Below the pieces are notes generated by a model. The model worked only from the letters and a program-made list of their open reading frames with translations. It ran no database searches and was not told the origin of the DNA. Source: Ranitomeya imitator (taxonomy: Eukaryota). From it: a DNA stretch of 64,000 nucleotides. A program made the position numbers and the translations under genes. This document shows, one piece after another, positions 50,501-64,000 of the stretch; within the stretch, counting starts at the first letter, position 1, and each line of letters begins with the position of its first letter. The DNA lies in assembly GCF_032444005.1 (NCBI RefSeq), contig NC_091285.1, forward strand, positions 13,144,001-13,208,000, in the 5' to 3' direction.

Positions 50501-53255
50501 CTTCATCTGTAATTTTTCTAGCATTGCCAGACCATTGACCGATTTGACCAAGAAGGGTGCTGATTTGGTTAATTGGTCTTCTGCTGCCGTGGAAGCTTTT
50601 CAGGAGTTGAAGCGTCGTTTTTGCTGTGCCCCTGTGTTGTGTCAACCTGATGTTTCTCTTCCGTTCCAGGTCGAGGTTGATGCTTCTGAGATTGGTGCAG
50701 GGGCGGTTTTGTCACAGAGAGGTTCTGGTTGCTCAGTGTTCAAACCATGTGCTTTCTTTTCCAGGAAATTTTCTGCTGCTGAGCGTAATTATGATGTGGG
50801 CAACCGAGAGTTGCTGGCCATGAAGTGGGCATTCGAGGAGTGGCGTCATTGGCTTGAGGGTGCTAAGCATCGCGTGGTGGTTTTGACTGATCATAAGAAC
50901 CTTACTTATCTTGAGTCTGCCAAGCGCTTGAATCCTAGACAGGCCCGTTGGTCGTTATTTTTTGCTCGTTTTGATTTTGTGGTTTCATACCTTCCGGGCT
51001 CTAAAAATGTGAAGGCGGATGCTCTGTCTAGGAGTTTTGTGCCCGACTCTCCGGGGTTATCTGAGCCGGCGAGTATCCTCAAGGAAGGAGTCATTGTGTC
51101 TGCCATCTCCCCTGATTTGCGGAGAGTGTTGCAGAAATTTCAGGCTAATAAACCTGATCGTTGTCCGGCCGAGAAACTGTTCGTCCCTGATAGGTGGACT
51201 AGTAAAGTTATCTCTGAACTTCATTGTTCGGTGCTGGCCGGTCATCCAGGAATCTTTGGTACCAGGGAGTTGGTTGCTAGATCCTTCTGGTGGCCATCTC
51301 TGTCACGGGATGTGCGTGCTTTTGTGCAGTCCTGTGGAATTTGTGCTAGGGCTAAGCCCTGCTGTTCACGTGCCAGTGGGTTGCTTTTGCCCTTGCCGGT
51401 CCCGAAGAGGCCTTGGACACATATTTCGATGGATTTCATTTCTGACCTTCCCGTTTCTCAAAAAATGTCGGTCATTTGGGTGGTCTGTGATCGCTTTTCT
51501 AAAATGGTCCATCTGGTGCCCTTGGTTAAATTGCCTTCCTCCTCTGATTTGGTGCCTTTGTTCTTCCAGCATGTGGTTCGTTTACATGGCATTCCTGAGA
51601 ATATTGTTTCTGACAGAGGTTCCCAGTTTGTCTCGAGGTTCTGGCGAGCCTTTTGTGGTAGGATGGGCATTGACCTATCTTTCTCCTCGGCCTTCCATCC
51701 TCAGACTAATGGCCAGACCGAACGAACCAATCAGACCTTGGAAACATATCTGAGATGTTTTGTTTCCGCTGACCAGGATGATTGGGTGTCATTTTTGCCG
51801 TTGGCTGAGTTCGCCCTTAATAATCGGGCCAGCTCGGCTACCTTGGTCTCTCCATTTTTCTGCAATTCTGGGTTCCATCCTCGTTTCTCTTCAGGACAGG
51901 TTGAGTCTTCGGACTGTCCTGGTGTGGATTCTGTGGTGGACAGGTTGCAGCAGATCTGGACTCAGGTGGTGGACAATTTGACCTTGTCCCAGGAGAAGGC
52001 TCAGCTTTTCGCTAATCGCAGACGCCGTGTGGGACCCCGACTTCGTGTTGGGGATCTGGTTTGGTTATCTTCTCGTCATATTCCTATGAAGGTTTCCTCT
52101 CCTAAATTTAAACCTCGTTTTATTGGTCCGTATAGGATTTCTGAGATTCTCAATCCGGTGTCTTTTCGTCTGACCCTCCCAGACTCCTTTTCCATACATA
52201 ATGTATTCCATAGGTCGTTGTTGAGGAGATACGTGGCACCTATGGTTCCATCTGTGGAGCCTCCTGCCCCTGTTTTGGTGGAGGGGGAATTGGAGTATAT
52301 TGTGGAGAAGATTTTGGATTCTCGTGTCTCTAGACGGAAACTCCAGTATCTGGTCAAATGGAAGGGTTATGCTCAGGAAGATAATTCCTGGGTTTTTGCC
52401 TCTGATGTCCATGCCCCAGATCTTGTTCGTGCCTTTCATGTGGCTCATCCTGGTCGGCCTGGGGGTTCTGGTGAGGGTTCGGTGACCCCTCCTCAAGGGG
52501 GGGGCACTGTTGTGAATTCTGTGGCTGAGTTCACTTCTGTGGTCACAAGTGGTATTGCAGTCTCTGGGCTTCCTCCCTCAGGTGTTTTGGTGAGCTCGTT
52601 GGCTGCCTTGCTATTTAGCGCCACCTGAGTCTGTCTTCCTTGCTCCTTGTCATTGTTCCAGTGTTGGATCTGAGCTACTGCATCTTTCCTTGGGCCTGCT
52701 GCTCTGCTAGATAAGTGCTTCTAGTTTGTTTTCTGTTTTTTCTGTCCAGCTTGCTATTATCTTTTGCTGGAAGCCCTGAGAAGCAAAGGGGTGCACCGCC
52801 GTGCTGTTAGTTCGGCACGGTGGGTCTTTTTGCCCCTTTGCGTGGTTTTCGTTTTAGGGTTTTTTGTAGACTGCATAGTTCTCTTTGCTATCCTCGCTCT
52901 GTCTAGAATATCGGGCCTCACTTTGCTGAATCTATTTCATTCCTACGTTTGTCTTTTCATCTTGCTAACAGTCATTATATGTGGGGGGCTGCCTATTCCT
53001 TTGGGGTATTTCTCTGAGGTAAGTCAGGCTTGTATTTCTATCTTCAGGCTAGTCAGCTCCTCAGGCAGTGCCGAGTTGCATAGGTAGTTATAGGCGCAAT
53101 CCACTGCTGCTTATAGTTGTGTGAGGATAGATCAGGTACTGCAGTCTACAGAGATTCCACGTCTCAGAGCTCGTCCTATTGTTTTTGGTTATTGCCAGAT
53201 CTCTGTATGTGCGCTGATTACTGCACGCTGTGTTGCCTGATTGCCGGCCATAACA
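47567..53255 (+). mobile_element. Intact Ty3/Gypsy chromovirus (Tf1/sushi-like) LTR retrotransposon
   Basis: 748-bp TG...CA LTRs (47567-48314, 52508-53255). PPT G-run before the 3' LTR. TSD GGAGGG, with empty sites near 38750 and 63260. Confidence 0.98.
48447..52628 (+). CDS. Gag-Pol polyprotein, single ORF of about 1393 aa
   Basis: Gag, CCHC knuckle CFYCGDSTHAISNC, protease DSGA, RT YLDD, RNase H, integrase (HHCC; MDFI, SDRG, QTERTN) and chromodomain YIVEKILD...YLVKWKGY. The start codon is inferred. The ORF ends inside the 3' LTR. Confidence 0.96.
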   Translation: MDIQALCSSMDNLVVNVQKIQDTIDQKSMLEPRIPIPDLFFGDRTKFLSFRNNCKLFLALKPHSSGNPIQQVLIIISFLRGDPQDWAFSLAPGDSALSNVDAFFQALGLLYDEPNSVDQAEKNLLALCQGQDDIEVYCQKFRKWSVLTLWNESALAALFRKGLSEALKDVMVGFPMPAGLNESMSLAIQIGRRLRERKSVHHLAVLSESKPEPMQCDRTMTKVERQEHRRLNRLCFYCGDSTHAISNCPKRTRWFDSSAVIGTVQSKFLLSITLMCSLSSYSVMAFVDSGAALNLMDLDYAKRCGFFLEPLRCPIPLRGIDATPLAKNKPQYWAQLTMCMAPAHQEVIRFLVLHNLHDVVVLGLPWLQTHSPVLDWNSMSVTSWGCQGVHGDVPFLSISSSIPSDIPEFLSDFQDVFEESKSDALPPHRNCDCAIDLIPGSKFPKGRLFNLSVPEHTAMRSYVKESLEKGHIRPSSSPLGAGFFFVAKKDGSLRPCIDYRLLNKITVKFQYPLPLISDLFARIKGASWFTKIDLRGAYNLVRIRQGDEWKTAFNTPEGHFEYLVMPFGLANAPSVFQSFMHDIFREYLDKFLIVYLDDILIFSDDWESHVKQVRMVFQVLRANSLFVKGSKCLFGVQKVSFLGFIFSPSTIEMDPVKVQAIQDWTQPTSLKSLQKFLGFANFYRRFICNFSSIARPLTDLTKKGADLVNWSSAAVEAFQELKRRFCCAPVLCQPDVSLPFQVEVDASEIGAGAVLSQRGSGCSVFKPCAFFSRKFSAAERNYDVGNRELLAMKWAFEEWRHWLEGAKHRVVVLTDHKNLTYLESAKRLNPRQARWSLFFARFDFVVSYLPGSKNVKADALSRSFVPDSPGLSEPASILKEGVIVSAISPDLRRVLQKFQANKPDRCPAEKLFVPDRWTSKVISELHCSVLAGHPGIFGTRELVARSFWWPSLSRDVRAFVQSCGICARAKPCCSRASGLLLPLPVPKRPWTHISMDFISDLPVSQKMSVIWVVCDRFSKMVHLVPLVKLPSSSDLVPLFFQHVVRLHGIPENIVSDRGSQFVSRFWRAFCGRMGIDLSFSSAFHPQTNGQTERTNQTLETYLRCFVSADQDDWVSFLPLAEFALNNRASSATLVSPFFCNSGFHPRFSSGQVESSDCPGVDSVVDRLQQIWTQVVDNLTLSQEKAQLFANRRRRVGPRLRVGDLVWLSSRHIPMKVSSPKFKPRFIGPYRISEILNPVSFRLTLPDSFSIHNVFHRSLLRRYVAPMVPSVEPPAPVLVEGELEYIVEKILDSRVSRRKLQYLVKWKGYAQEDNSWVFASDVHAPDLVRAFHVAHPGRPGGSGEGSVTPPQGGGTVVNSVAEFTSVVTSGIAVSGLPPSGVLVSSLAALLFSAT

Positions 53256-53890
53256 GGAGGGTTTCAGCAGTATATGTATCTATACGGCACAATTTGAAGG
53301 GCATAAAACACTACACGGACGTATACAGAACTATATGTTGATATATAGCCCATTACTGACGTTCAGAGCACTATATGGAGATATGTGATAAAGACAAGGA
53401 GCCTCACCTTAAAAATGAGCAGTAGCTGCCCCGTCCTTTTACTGTAAACAATAGCTATAACTCTGTACGTAACCCCCTTCTCATGTACAGCACCATGGAA
53501 TTAATGGTGCTATATAAATAAATAATATAGGGGCAGAGCATTCATGTTACTGATGTCTGGATGTGGGGCGCTATGTGAGGATTGGGGGGATCTAGGGTGA
53601 TGATGAGGGGGCTCCACTATACAGCGCAGTGTACGGGGATATGGAAGTACAGCGCCATCAGAGGCCGCTGCTGCAGAAGCCTCGTGTAGACATGATGTGA
53701 CCCTTCCTGCATTATCGCAGCCTGTAACCAGTGGGAACCGTGGAGACTCAGCAGCACTTCATGGAGGGGGGACCAGCAAGATTACTGTGAGTTGTGCTGA
53801 GCTTCCCCTGCATAATGATTGGACGCAGACAACCAATGGAGTGTGGGGTGTGTTTGACATAAACCAATGAGAAAGATCACATGAGTATAA

Positions 53891-54358
<468 letters not shown>

Positions 54359-55155
54359 ATCTATCCCGGGCACCAAAGACAACACAACGGCTCTTCTCAG
54401 AGCCACCAAATCCTCCCACTAAGGAGCCAATTCCTAAACTCTCCAGATCCTGCACTGGATCCTTTAATAGGTTTAGATGGGTTAAGTGAGTGTCCTTTCT
54501 GGAAACAAATCACATTTTAGTCAGTAAGTGATAAGCAAATGTGCTTGGATAAGGCATCATCTGAGCATGATCATGTGCTAGCGGTGTATTCAGCATGCTC
54601 GAAAAATATGTTGCAATCTCCGTGGCTGCATGTCTCGCTCCTGTTAGCCGCAACACGTATCCGCTAAGACTCACCTATTTTTTTGAGTACGCCCTAAACA
54701 CTGCTAGCAAATGAGCATGCTCTCATAACGTCTTATTTCGGCACGTTCGCTCATCACTATGTAACATATGCGCCTCCATCAGTCTCAAGAGCGAAAAGGG
54801 TAATGTAATATCAGTGCTAAAAAGTTCAATTCTTTTCGAAAGGGAACCCAGATTCCTGACTCCATGCCACACTCATTTAAAACATTGATTCCCAAAACAG
54901 GTAAGGATAGACCGATTGCCGTTCTCAATTCAAATGTTAAAACATTTTCAAAAATTTTAGCAATGTGTCAATCTGTGGTTACCTTGTATGATCCACAAAG
55001 ACCAAGTGGGATTTGTGCCTTTTAGACAAGGGGGAGACAACACCCGAAGGGCAGTCGATCTCATAGAAATACAAAAAAAAATCTAGAGAATCTACTCTCC
55101 TAAGTTTGGATGCTGAGAAGGTGTTTGATCTCCTTAGTTGACCCTTTATGCTTAA

Positions 55156-55877
55156 GGGTACCGTTACACTATACGATTTACCAGCGATACGACCTGGCGG
55201 TGATCGTTGGTAAGTCGTTGTGTGGTCGCTGGAGAGCTGTCACACAGACAGCTCTCCAGTGACCAACGATGCCGAGGTCCCCGGGTAAACATCGGGTTAC
55301 TAAGCGCAGGGCCGCGCTTAGTAACCCGATGTTTACCCTGGTTACCAGCGTAAAAAAAACCAAAACACTACATACTTACATTCCGGTGTCCGTCAGGTCC
55401 CTTGCCGTCTGCTTCCTGCACTGACTGACTGCTGGCCGTAAAGTGAAAGCACAGCACAGCGGTGACGTCACCGATGTGCTCTGCTTTCACTTTACGGCAG
55501 TCAGTGAGTGCGGGAAGCAGACGGCAAGGGACCTGACGGACACCGGAATGTAAGTATGTAGTGTTTTTTTTTTTTTTTTTTACATTTACAATGGTAACCA
55601 GGATAAACATCGGGTTACTTAGTGAGGCCCTGCGCTTAGTAACCCGATGTTTACCCTGGTTACAAGCGAACGCATCGCTGGATCGGTGTCACACACACTG
55701 ATCCAGCAATGACAGCGGGAGATCCAGCGACGAAAGAAAGTTCCAAACGATCTGCTACGACGTACGATTCTCAGCAGGGTCCCTGATCACTGCTGCGTGT
55801 CAGACACAGCGATATCGTATGGATATCGCTGGATCGTACCGTCGTAGCGACAAAAGTGCCACTGTGAGACGGTACCC
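55156..55877. mobile_element. MITE, GGTACC-TIR family
   Basis: Termini GGGTACCGTTACAC / GAGACGGTACCC. The empty site TATGCTTAAGGCCC is near 40648. Confidence 0.88.
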
Positions 55878-56442
55878 TTAGGCCCTTGGGACATATGGCA
55901 TAGAGGGCCCTTTTATAAAAGCTGTTGATGGATTATACTCTAGTCCCTCATGGCTCCTCTAAACCAATTAAGATTAAAAACGGCACCAGACAGGGGTGCC
56001 CACTTTCCCCCTTACTTTTCATCCTTTGCATTGAGCCTATGGCTGCTGCTATCAGAGCATCATCAATTATTAGAGGTGTTCGGGTTAAACATTCAAATGA
56101 TCCTTTTTGCAGACCATATCCTCCTAACACTCACACAGCCTCACACATAGCTCCCCAACCAAGCAGTCATTTCAAATTTCATTATTGTGAGGCATCGCAC
56201 CTCTGCACGATCCCATCGTGGTCTTCTAAACCTGCCTATATGAAATGGATGGAGACTGAAAAGTTCTGGTTAGCCCCAGCCCACCCCAACCCCCTGATCT
56301 GGAATGGGGTTTACAATCCTCCTTCAATAGACCTTTTAGGTCCAATAATGCACACTAGAAATATGAGGATCTGGTCCAAAAAAATTTCAATGTGGCATAA
56401 CTGAACTCCGCTCTTCCTTCCTTTTCCATTCGAATTTCACTG

Positions 56443-57328
56443 CAGTTAATACAAGAGAAGATAGTATTCTGCTACAGATGGATCTGGATAAGTTGGAAAC
56501 TTGGGCTGAAAGGTGGCAGATGAGGTTTAACAATGATAAATGTAAGGTTATACACATGGGAAGAAGGAATCAATATCACCATTACACACTGAATGGGAAA
56601 CCACTGGGTAAATCTGACAGGGAGAAGGACTTGGGGATCCTAGTTAATGATAAACTTACCTGGAGCAGCCAGTGCCAGGCAGCAGCTGCCAAGGCAAACA
56701 GGATCATGGGGTGCATTAAAAGAGGTCTGGATACACATGATGAGAGCATTATACTGCCTCTGTACAAATCCCTAGTTAGACCGCACATGGAGTACTGTGT
56801 CCAGTTTTGGGCACCGGTGCTCAGGAAGGATATAATGGAACTAGAGAGAGTACAAAGGAGGGCAACAAAATTAATAAAGGGGATGGGAGAACTACAATAC
56901 CCAGATAGATTAGCGAAATTAGGATTATTTAGTCAAGAAAAAAGACGACTGAGGGGCGATCTAATAACCATGTATAAGTATATAAGGGGACAATACAAAT
57001 ATCTCGCTGAGGATCTGTTTATACCAAGGAAGGTGACGGGCACAAGGGGGCATTCTTTGCGTCTGGAGGAGAGAAGGTTTTTCCACCAACATAGAAGAGG
57101 ATTCTTTACTGTTAGGGCAGTGAGAATCTGGAATTGCTTGCCTGAGGAGGTGGTGATGGCGAACTCAGTCGAGGGGTTCAAGAGAGGCCTGGATGTCTTC
57201 CTGGAGCAGAACAATATTGTATCATACAATTATTAGGTTCTGTAGAAGGACGTAGATCTGGGTATTTATTATGATGGAATATAGGCTGAACTGGATGGAC
57301 AAATGTCTTTTTTCGGCCTTACTATGTT
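56443..57328 (+). mobile_element. CR1 LINE, 5'-truncated
   Basis: ORF 56478-57236 (DLDKLETWAERWQMRFNNDKCKV...LIKGMGELQYPDRLAKLGLFS) is a CR1 ORF2 C-terminus, with an ACTATGTT-type tail. Absent at the sister site near 41195. Confidence 0.93.
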
Positions 57329-58237
57329 ACTGGAAGTCTAAGCCACTCAATGACAGGGGTATGGATTCAGTCTGGTTTAACTTCGCCAACAAAGTTCTCT
57401 TTTAATTGAAAGGTCTACAGACCTCCATTTCTACCTCCTTCAAGGGACCATGGAAGAATACTTCAATAACAAAAGGTTTAACCACCCCCGGGTTAGCCCC
57501 CCTTTTTGAGAAATCGGGTAAAAAATGATTCCATTCGTTAGATCTGGTTTGATCAACCAAAACTAATGTTAGATCTCCCCTACAGAATATAATATTTATG
57601 ATCTATTTCAGGGGAAGGGGGGGGCTATCCCGTATATAAACCCCCCTACTTTGAAATTTGCCGGTTTTTGGATGGATTCTGATAGATATTTGTTAGGTTT
57701 AATATCTAATGTTTACAATGTTACATAATCCATAACTAAACACTCCTATGCTCAAATGGGAGGAATATCTGGGTAAAAAAGTGGAGAAATGTTTGGACCA
57801 GAGCAACTAAGACTGCATCTTTTATTTCACACAAAGAAAATAAGTACAAAATCCTTCATCTCTGGTACGCCTGAATTTTTACATAAACTTGACCTATTCC
57901 TCCACTTTTGCTGGCGGTGCCCCTACCTTAAGGTTTTATTTTTCAGATCTGCCCTTTGATTAAACCATTTTGAGTGAAAGTCCAACACCTCACTAAGCAA
58001 GTTTTTGAAGTAGATTGTCCTTCTAGATGTTTAGCTCTTTCTATTACATTTTTCCCGAGTCCATATCGAACATCCATCAGATTGCTTTTACATATGCTGA
58101 CGACAGCACACAGATTGCTTACCATTGGATGCAAACCTCTCCACCATCCCAAGTAGATGTAGATTCTCGCCTCAATATCAGGAATCCGGATTACCAGGGA
58201 GCAACTAATGACAATACTGTAGATGTAACCTAATTAG

Positions 58238-59082
58238 TAGTGTTGAGCGATACCGTCCGATACTTGAAAGTATCGGTATCGGATAGTATCGTCCGATACC
58301 CGAAAAATATCGGATATCGCCGATACCGATATCCGATACCAATACAAGTCAATGGGACATCAAGTATCGGACGGTATTCTCATGGTTCCCAGGGTCTGAA
58401 GGAGAGGAAACTCTCCTTCAGGCCCTGGGATCCATAGGGATGTGTAAAATAAAGAATAAAAATAAAAAATATTGATATATTTACCTCTCCGGCGGCCCCT
58501 GAACTCAGCGCGGGTAACCGGCAGGCTTCTTTGTTCAAAATCAGCGCTTTTAGGACCTGAGAATCACGTCCCGGCTTCTGATTGGTCGCGGGCCGCCCAT
58601 GTGACCGCCACGCGACCAATCACAAGCCGTGACGTCATTCGCAGGTCCTTAACGCGCTCATTTTTTAAAAATGAGCGCGGTAATGACTTTCAAAGACGTA
58701 GCGGCTTGTGATTGGTCGCGGCCACGCGACCAATCACAAGCCGCGACGTCACCGCAAGCTATTAACGCGCTCATTTTTAAAAATGAGCGCGTTAATGACT
58801 TTCAAAGACGTAGCGACCAATCAGAAGCCGGGACGTGATTCTCAGGTCCTAAAAGCGCTGATTTTGAACAACGAAGCTTGCCGGTTACCCGCGCTGAGTC
58901 CAGGGGCCGCCGGAGAGGTAAATATATCAATATTTTTTATTTTAATTCTTTATTTTACACATCTCTATGTATCCGATACCGATACCCGATACCACAAAAG
59001 TATCGGATCTCGGTATCGGAATTCCGATACCGCAAGTATCGGCCGATACCCGATACTTGCGGTATCGGAATGCTCAACACTA
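58238..59082. mobile_element. hAT-type MITE, same family as 30037-30793
   Basis: TIR TAGTGTTGAGC; perfect 8-bp TSD CTAATTAG. Confidence 0.93.
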
Positions 59083-59462
59083 CTAATTAGGTCTCCTTGG
59101 GATTTTTGAGCTATGTGAATTATATGGATACAACTAGGTCTCAACATTCTATATCATATCCCCTCCCCCATTTCTATTTATCCGAGTCTGTTGGTTTGTG
59201 AGCTTTTACACTATATTTACAAGAATGTTTAACCGAAAGTCAATTTACAGAATAATATTGGTTAGCCAGCTATAAATAAGTGGAAAATTTAAAATGGCTA
59301 AATTGTTCTCTCTTCCTGGAAAAATCTTCATTTCAATAAAAATTCCAATTTTTGTTACAAAAATTTCACACCAGATATCAGCGGCGTCAGCTCTTGTGGT
59401 GACAGTGTGGGTGGCTCTTAGAAGAGCCTTTGGGTTGTGTAGATAGATGGGATCAGTGTCGC

Positions 59463-59936
<474 letters not shown>

Positions 59937-60178
59937 TCATAACCTGCTACTGCCCCGCCTCCTCTCCTGCCATTGGCTGAATCTAAAGTCACCAATAGAA
60001 ACAAGACTTGTGGAAACACCAATGAGCTGCATCGGGTAGAGATAATGGGCATTTACATTGGTCACATGACTTTCTCACCCAATAGAATATTGAGCTGACA
60101 GCATTGCTCATTTGCATGGCCGGTGTATAAATACGGCCGCTCTGGGAGGAGCAGGATCATTATTTTCTTTTCCAGTGA

Positions 60179-60580
<402 letters not shown>

Positions 60581-61477
60581 TCTGCTCCGTGCTCTGCACC
60601 CACAACCCAAAGGCTCTTCTAAGAGCCACCCACCCCGTCTACATCAGAGCTGTGTCTGTGTCCTGCTGCCTTTACCGGCTCTATAGGAGATGACCTGCAA
60701 AATATATTTTAGAAAGTAATTTAATGACCGACCATCAGTAAGGATTCCTGAACAATGTCTGTCTTAACCCGAATGTTGGGTGTCTAGAAGGTAAGTGCCA
60801 ATCTGGATATTTGTAATGCGGCCAATGTGATATCTGGTCTGATAATACTGAACCACACAACAGCCTTATACCGGCGCTCCAGAACCTGGGAATATAGAAT
60901 ATATACACTATATGCAGATGGAAGAACTGGCTAAGAAAGGAAACTGGTGTAAATAGTACATTAAATGCAATATGGAGTGGGGACTGCAAGGATCTGTAGT
61001 GGGAGCAGTGGGGACCCCAAGTTATTGTTGGGACCAATTTTTTTTTATTTTTTATAACCAATAATGGCATTGTGAGTGGGACTGAGTAGTGTCAGCCTTT
61101 GCTATTGACACCACTATGCAGGATAATAAACTGACCTCGATATTACAATGCCATTATTATTATTATACATTTTTATAGCACCATTTATTCCATGGCACTT
61201 TATATATGAAAGGGGCGAATATAGACAAGTACAATAGACCTGAGTAACACAAGGAGCACAGAGGGAGGGAGGACCCGGCCCTATTTATAGAGGGGAAACA
61301 TCTACAATACGGAATCCAGTTTGCGGCACATTATAAAAATCAAATAAAAAAAAAAAAGCGGCAACACCTCCCGCTGTCACCTTCCACTGATCCCAGAGCG
61401 CTGGGCCCTAGTGCCGCCAGACTCCAGTGGTCTCCTGGTAATAGGCGCAGATGGGCTGTGAACTCTTTCAGCGCTTA

Positions 61478-61701
61478 GGCTACGTTCACATTAGCGTTGC
61501 GCCGCCGTGCGTCGGCGACGCACGCTAAAACGCGCGCAAAAACGCTTTCCGACGAAAATCGGACGCACAGAAAATGCTACATGTAGCGTTTTCTTGCGTC
61601 CGACGCTAGCGTCGGAAACGACGCACGTGGCGAAAAACATAGGGGCGCGTCGCCGGCGCAACAGCGACGCACATTGGCGGAACGCCAATGTGAACGTAGC
61701 C
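61478..61701. mobile_element. PIF/Harbinger-type MITE
   Basis: TIR GGCTACGTTCACATT / AATGTGAACGTAGCC; TSD TTA on both sides. Confidence 0.88.
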
Positions 61702-63954
61702 TTAGCGATATTTTCAGCAGTTTCTCATTGTTATGTTCAAAATATTCTAACGATATAACGCAGCGGTCACTCCCCGGACCAGAGGCTCCTGATCATTGGT
61801 GAACTCACAATCACTGATCTATGTCTGGGTCTGAATCCCACTGGTTTATCGCAGCCGGAGCTACAAGAGCAAAGCACAGGAGGGTGTATAGCGCTATACA
61901 GGGGTATAATATGGATTTATACAGCACTATATGGGGTATAAAGGAGGATATGGAGGGTATATAGCACTATATGGGGGTATGAAGGATATATAGCACTATA
62001 TGTAGTATATAGCAGGATATGGAGAAGTTACAGCAAAATATAGCGTTATACAGCAATATATGGGGGTACACAGTAGGATATAGGGGGCAAATAGCAATGT
62101 ATGGGGGTATACAGAACTATGTGTATCTGTGATTTCTCTCGGTCTCCCGCCGCCATTGTTCTGAGCAGGAGGTCACCGGGGAGGACTCAGGGCTGTGATT
62201 AGATGTAACGTCCTCGCGATAAAAGCGGGAAAATGACAGAAAAAAGTGCGGGAAATTCAAAATCCCCAACAGTTCTGTGCTCCGCCCACATGTGAGGAGA
62301 AGCCGCGGCTCCTGCTGCTGGGGGAGGGGCTGGTGATCGCCCGGTGCCCGGATGGCTGCAGTCAGCTCTGCGGGAGCTGGAAACATCGGATACTAAAGGG
62401 TTAACACCACGTGTCTGCGGGGAAGTGACCCAGTGGGCGGAGCCATAGCCCTACTGAGTGCTGATTGGCTGAGCGCTGAATATGAAATTCCCGCCCAACG
62501 GCTGATAGTTTCTCCCGGTCTTTGTTCTCCTCAGTAACACGTGGTGCAGAGCGTTATATGGAGGGAAGGAAATGATATATGACCGTATACAGCACTATAT
62601 GGAGGGTGTATGGTACTATATGGGCATAGACCGCATCACAGGGAGAAATACAGCACGATATGCAGTGTATGAGGCATTATATCCTGGCACACAGCACTAT
62701 ATGGGGTGTATAAGGTATTATATGGGGTGTGACACTATCTGGCGATATATAGCACCATAGATGAGGTATTCAGCACTATATGGCCATATATAGCACACTA
62801 TTAATGCTGAGGGCGGACACAGCGCTATTTCCAGGGTATATAGGGATATTCTTCACTATATGTGGACACAGTCATAGAGAAGGGGGAATGGGAGAGAGTC
62901 CGCTCACCCCAGTGGCAGCACGGAGAAGCCTGGAACCAGCAGAGGCAAAACAGAGGAACGAAAATCCAGCGAGGCCGGAGGTGTGTACGATAAAATCCAC
63001 ATGTATTATAGAAAGATGAATGAGAAGTGCGCGACAGATCCAGTGTGACCGAGTCCTGCGCCTTCCAGCTCTTCGGGGCCTCAGTCAGGTCACTTATCTT
63101 GGGTCTCAGTCACACTGGAACTGTCGGGCACTTTTAATACATTTTTCTAGAATAAATTTGGATGTTATCGTACATAGCTGCCGCCTCGATGGTTTTTTGT
63201 TCCTCTATATGTGGAAAAAACACTATTTTGATATACACATCAGTATATAGCACTATATGGAGGGTTTCAGCAGTATATGTATCTATACGGCACAATTTGG
63301 AGGGCATAAAACACTACACGGACGTATACAGAACTATATGTTGATATATAGCCCAATACTGACGTTCAGAGCACTATATGGAGATATGTGATAAAGACAA
63401 GGAGCCTCACCTTAAAAATGAGCAGTAGCTGCCCCGTCCTTTTACTGTAAACAATAGCTATAACTCTGTACGTAACCCATTTCTCATGTACAGCACCATG
63501 GAATTAATGGTGCTATATAAATAAATAATATAGGGGCAGAGGATTCATGTTACTGACAGGTGAGCATTTCCCTCACATCCTATGTCTAGATGTTGGGCGC
63601 TATGTGAGGATTGGGGGGATCTAGGGTGATGATGAGGGGGCTCCACTATACAGCTCAGTGTACGGGGATATGGAAGTACAGCGCCCTCAGAGGCCGCTGC
63701 TGCAGAAGCCTCGTGGAGACATGATGTGACCCTTCCTGCATTATCGCAGCACTTCATGCAGGGGGGACCAGCAATATTACTGGGAGTTGTGCTGAGCTTC
63801 CCCTGCATAATGATTGTATGCAGACAACCAATGGAGTGTAGGGGGCGTGTTTCACATAAACCAATGAGAACGATCACGAGTATAAATACCCTGCTCTTGT
63901 TGCTCTTCTCATTACATCTGTGTTCCTTCATCTCTACAGAGTACAGACAGAGCT

Positions 63955-64000
63955 ATGGCCAGAACTAAGCAGACCGCCCGTAAATCCACCGGAGGGAAAG
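63955..64000 (+). CDS. H3: Histone H3, 5' part cut by the window end
   Basis: [15 protein letters not shown] with the same CCAAT/TATA promoter as the other H3 copies. Confidence 0.95.
   Translation, partial: MARTKQTARKSTGGK

Larger units (their letters stand above)
54810..58150 (+). mobile_element. Degenerate L1-clade ORF2 relic, longer copy, interrupted by a MITE and a CR1
   Basis: Paralog of 40330-41400: [20 protein letters not shown], plus a C-terminal CWRC motif near 57909. Confidence 0.8.

Noticed and set aside
58027-58233. YADD motif suggesting a second reverse transcriptase
   Set aside because: It is isolated and lies in a different frame from the L1 C-terminal relic, with no other RT motifs nearby.

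Overview
A transposon-rich vertebrate window, inferred to be a frog from the Xenopus-like H2B sequence and the repeat landscape. It covers the edge of a replication-dependent histone cluster. From 1 to 20 kb it is almost all mobile DNA and satellites: a Penelope relic, an internally deleted piggyBac, a Helitron 3' end, two large non-autonomous hAT elements carrying satellites, and an L2 tail. From 21 to 64 kb there are four divergent H2A/H2B pairs (one inverted, one damaged) and three H3.2 genes. They form a repeat of about 7 kb in which I found no H4 or H1. Individual repeat copies carry private insertions whose empty sites are visible in sister copies: an intact Ty3/Gypsy chromovirus with a self-priming-type PBS, MITEs, a CR1, and a 5.4-copy 384-bp tandem array. 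That array is the highlight. It is flanked by a 12-bp target-site duplication, and each unit encodes a canonical type I hammerhead ribozyme on the minus strand plus an snRNA-type promoter (Staf/SPH site, GC box, octamer, PSE-like motif). This matches a retrozyme or newt satellite-2-like element. All coordinates and alignments were read by eye; no searches or folding programs were run.
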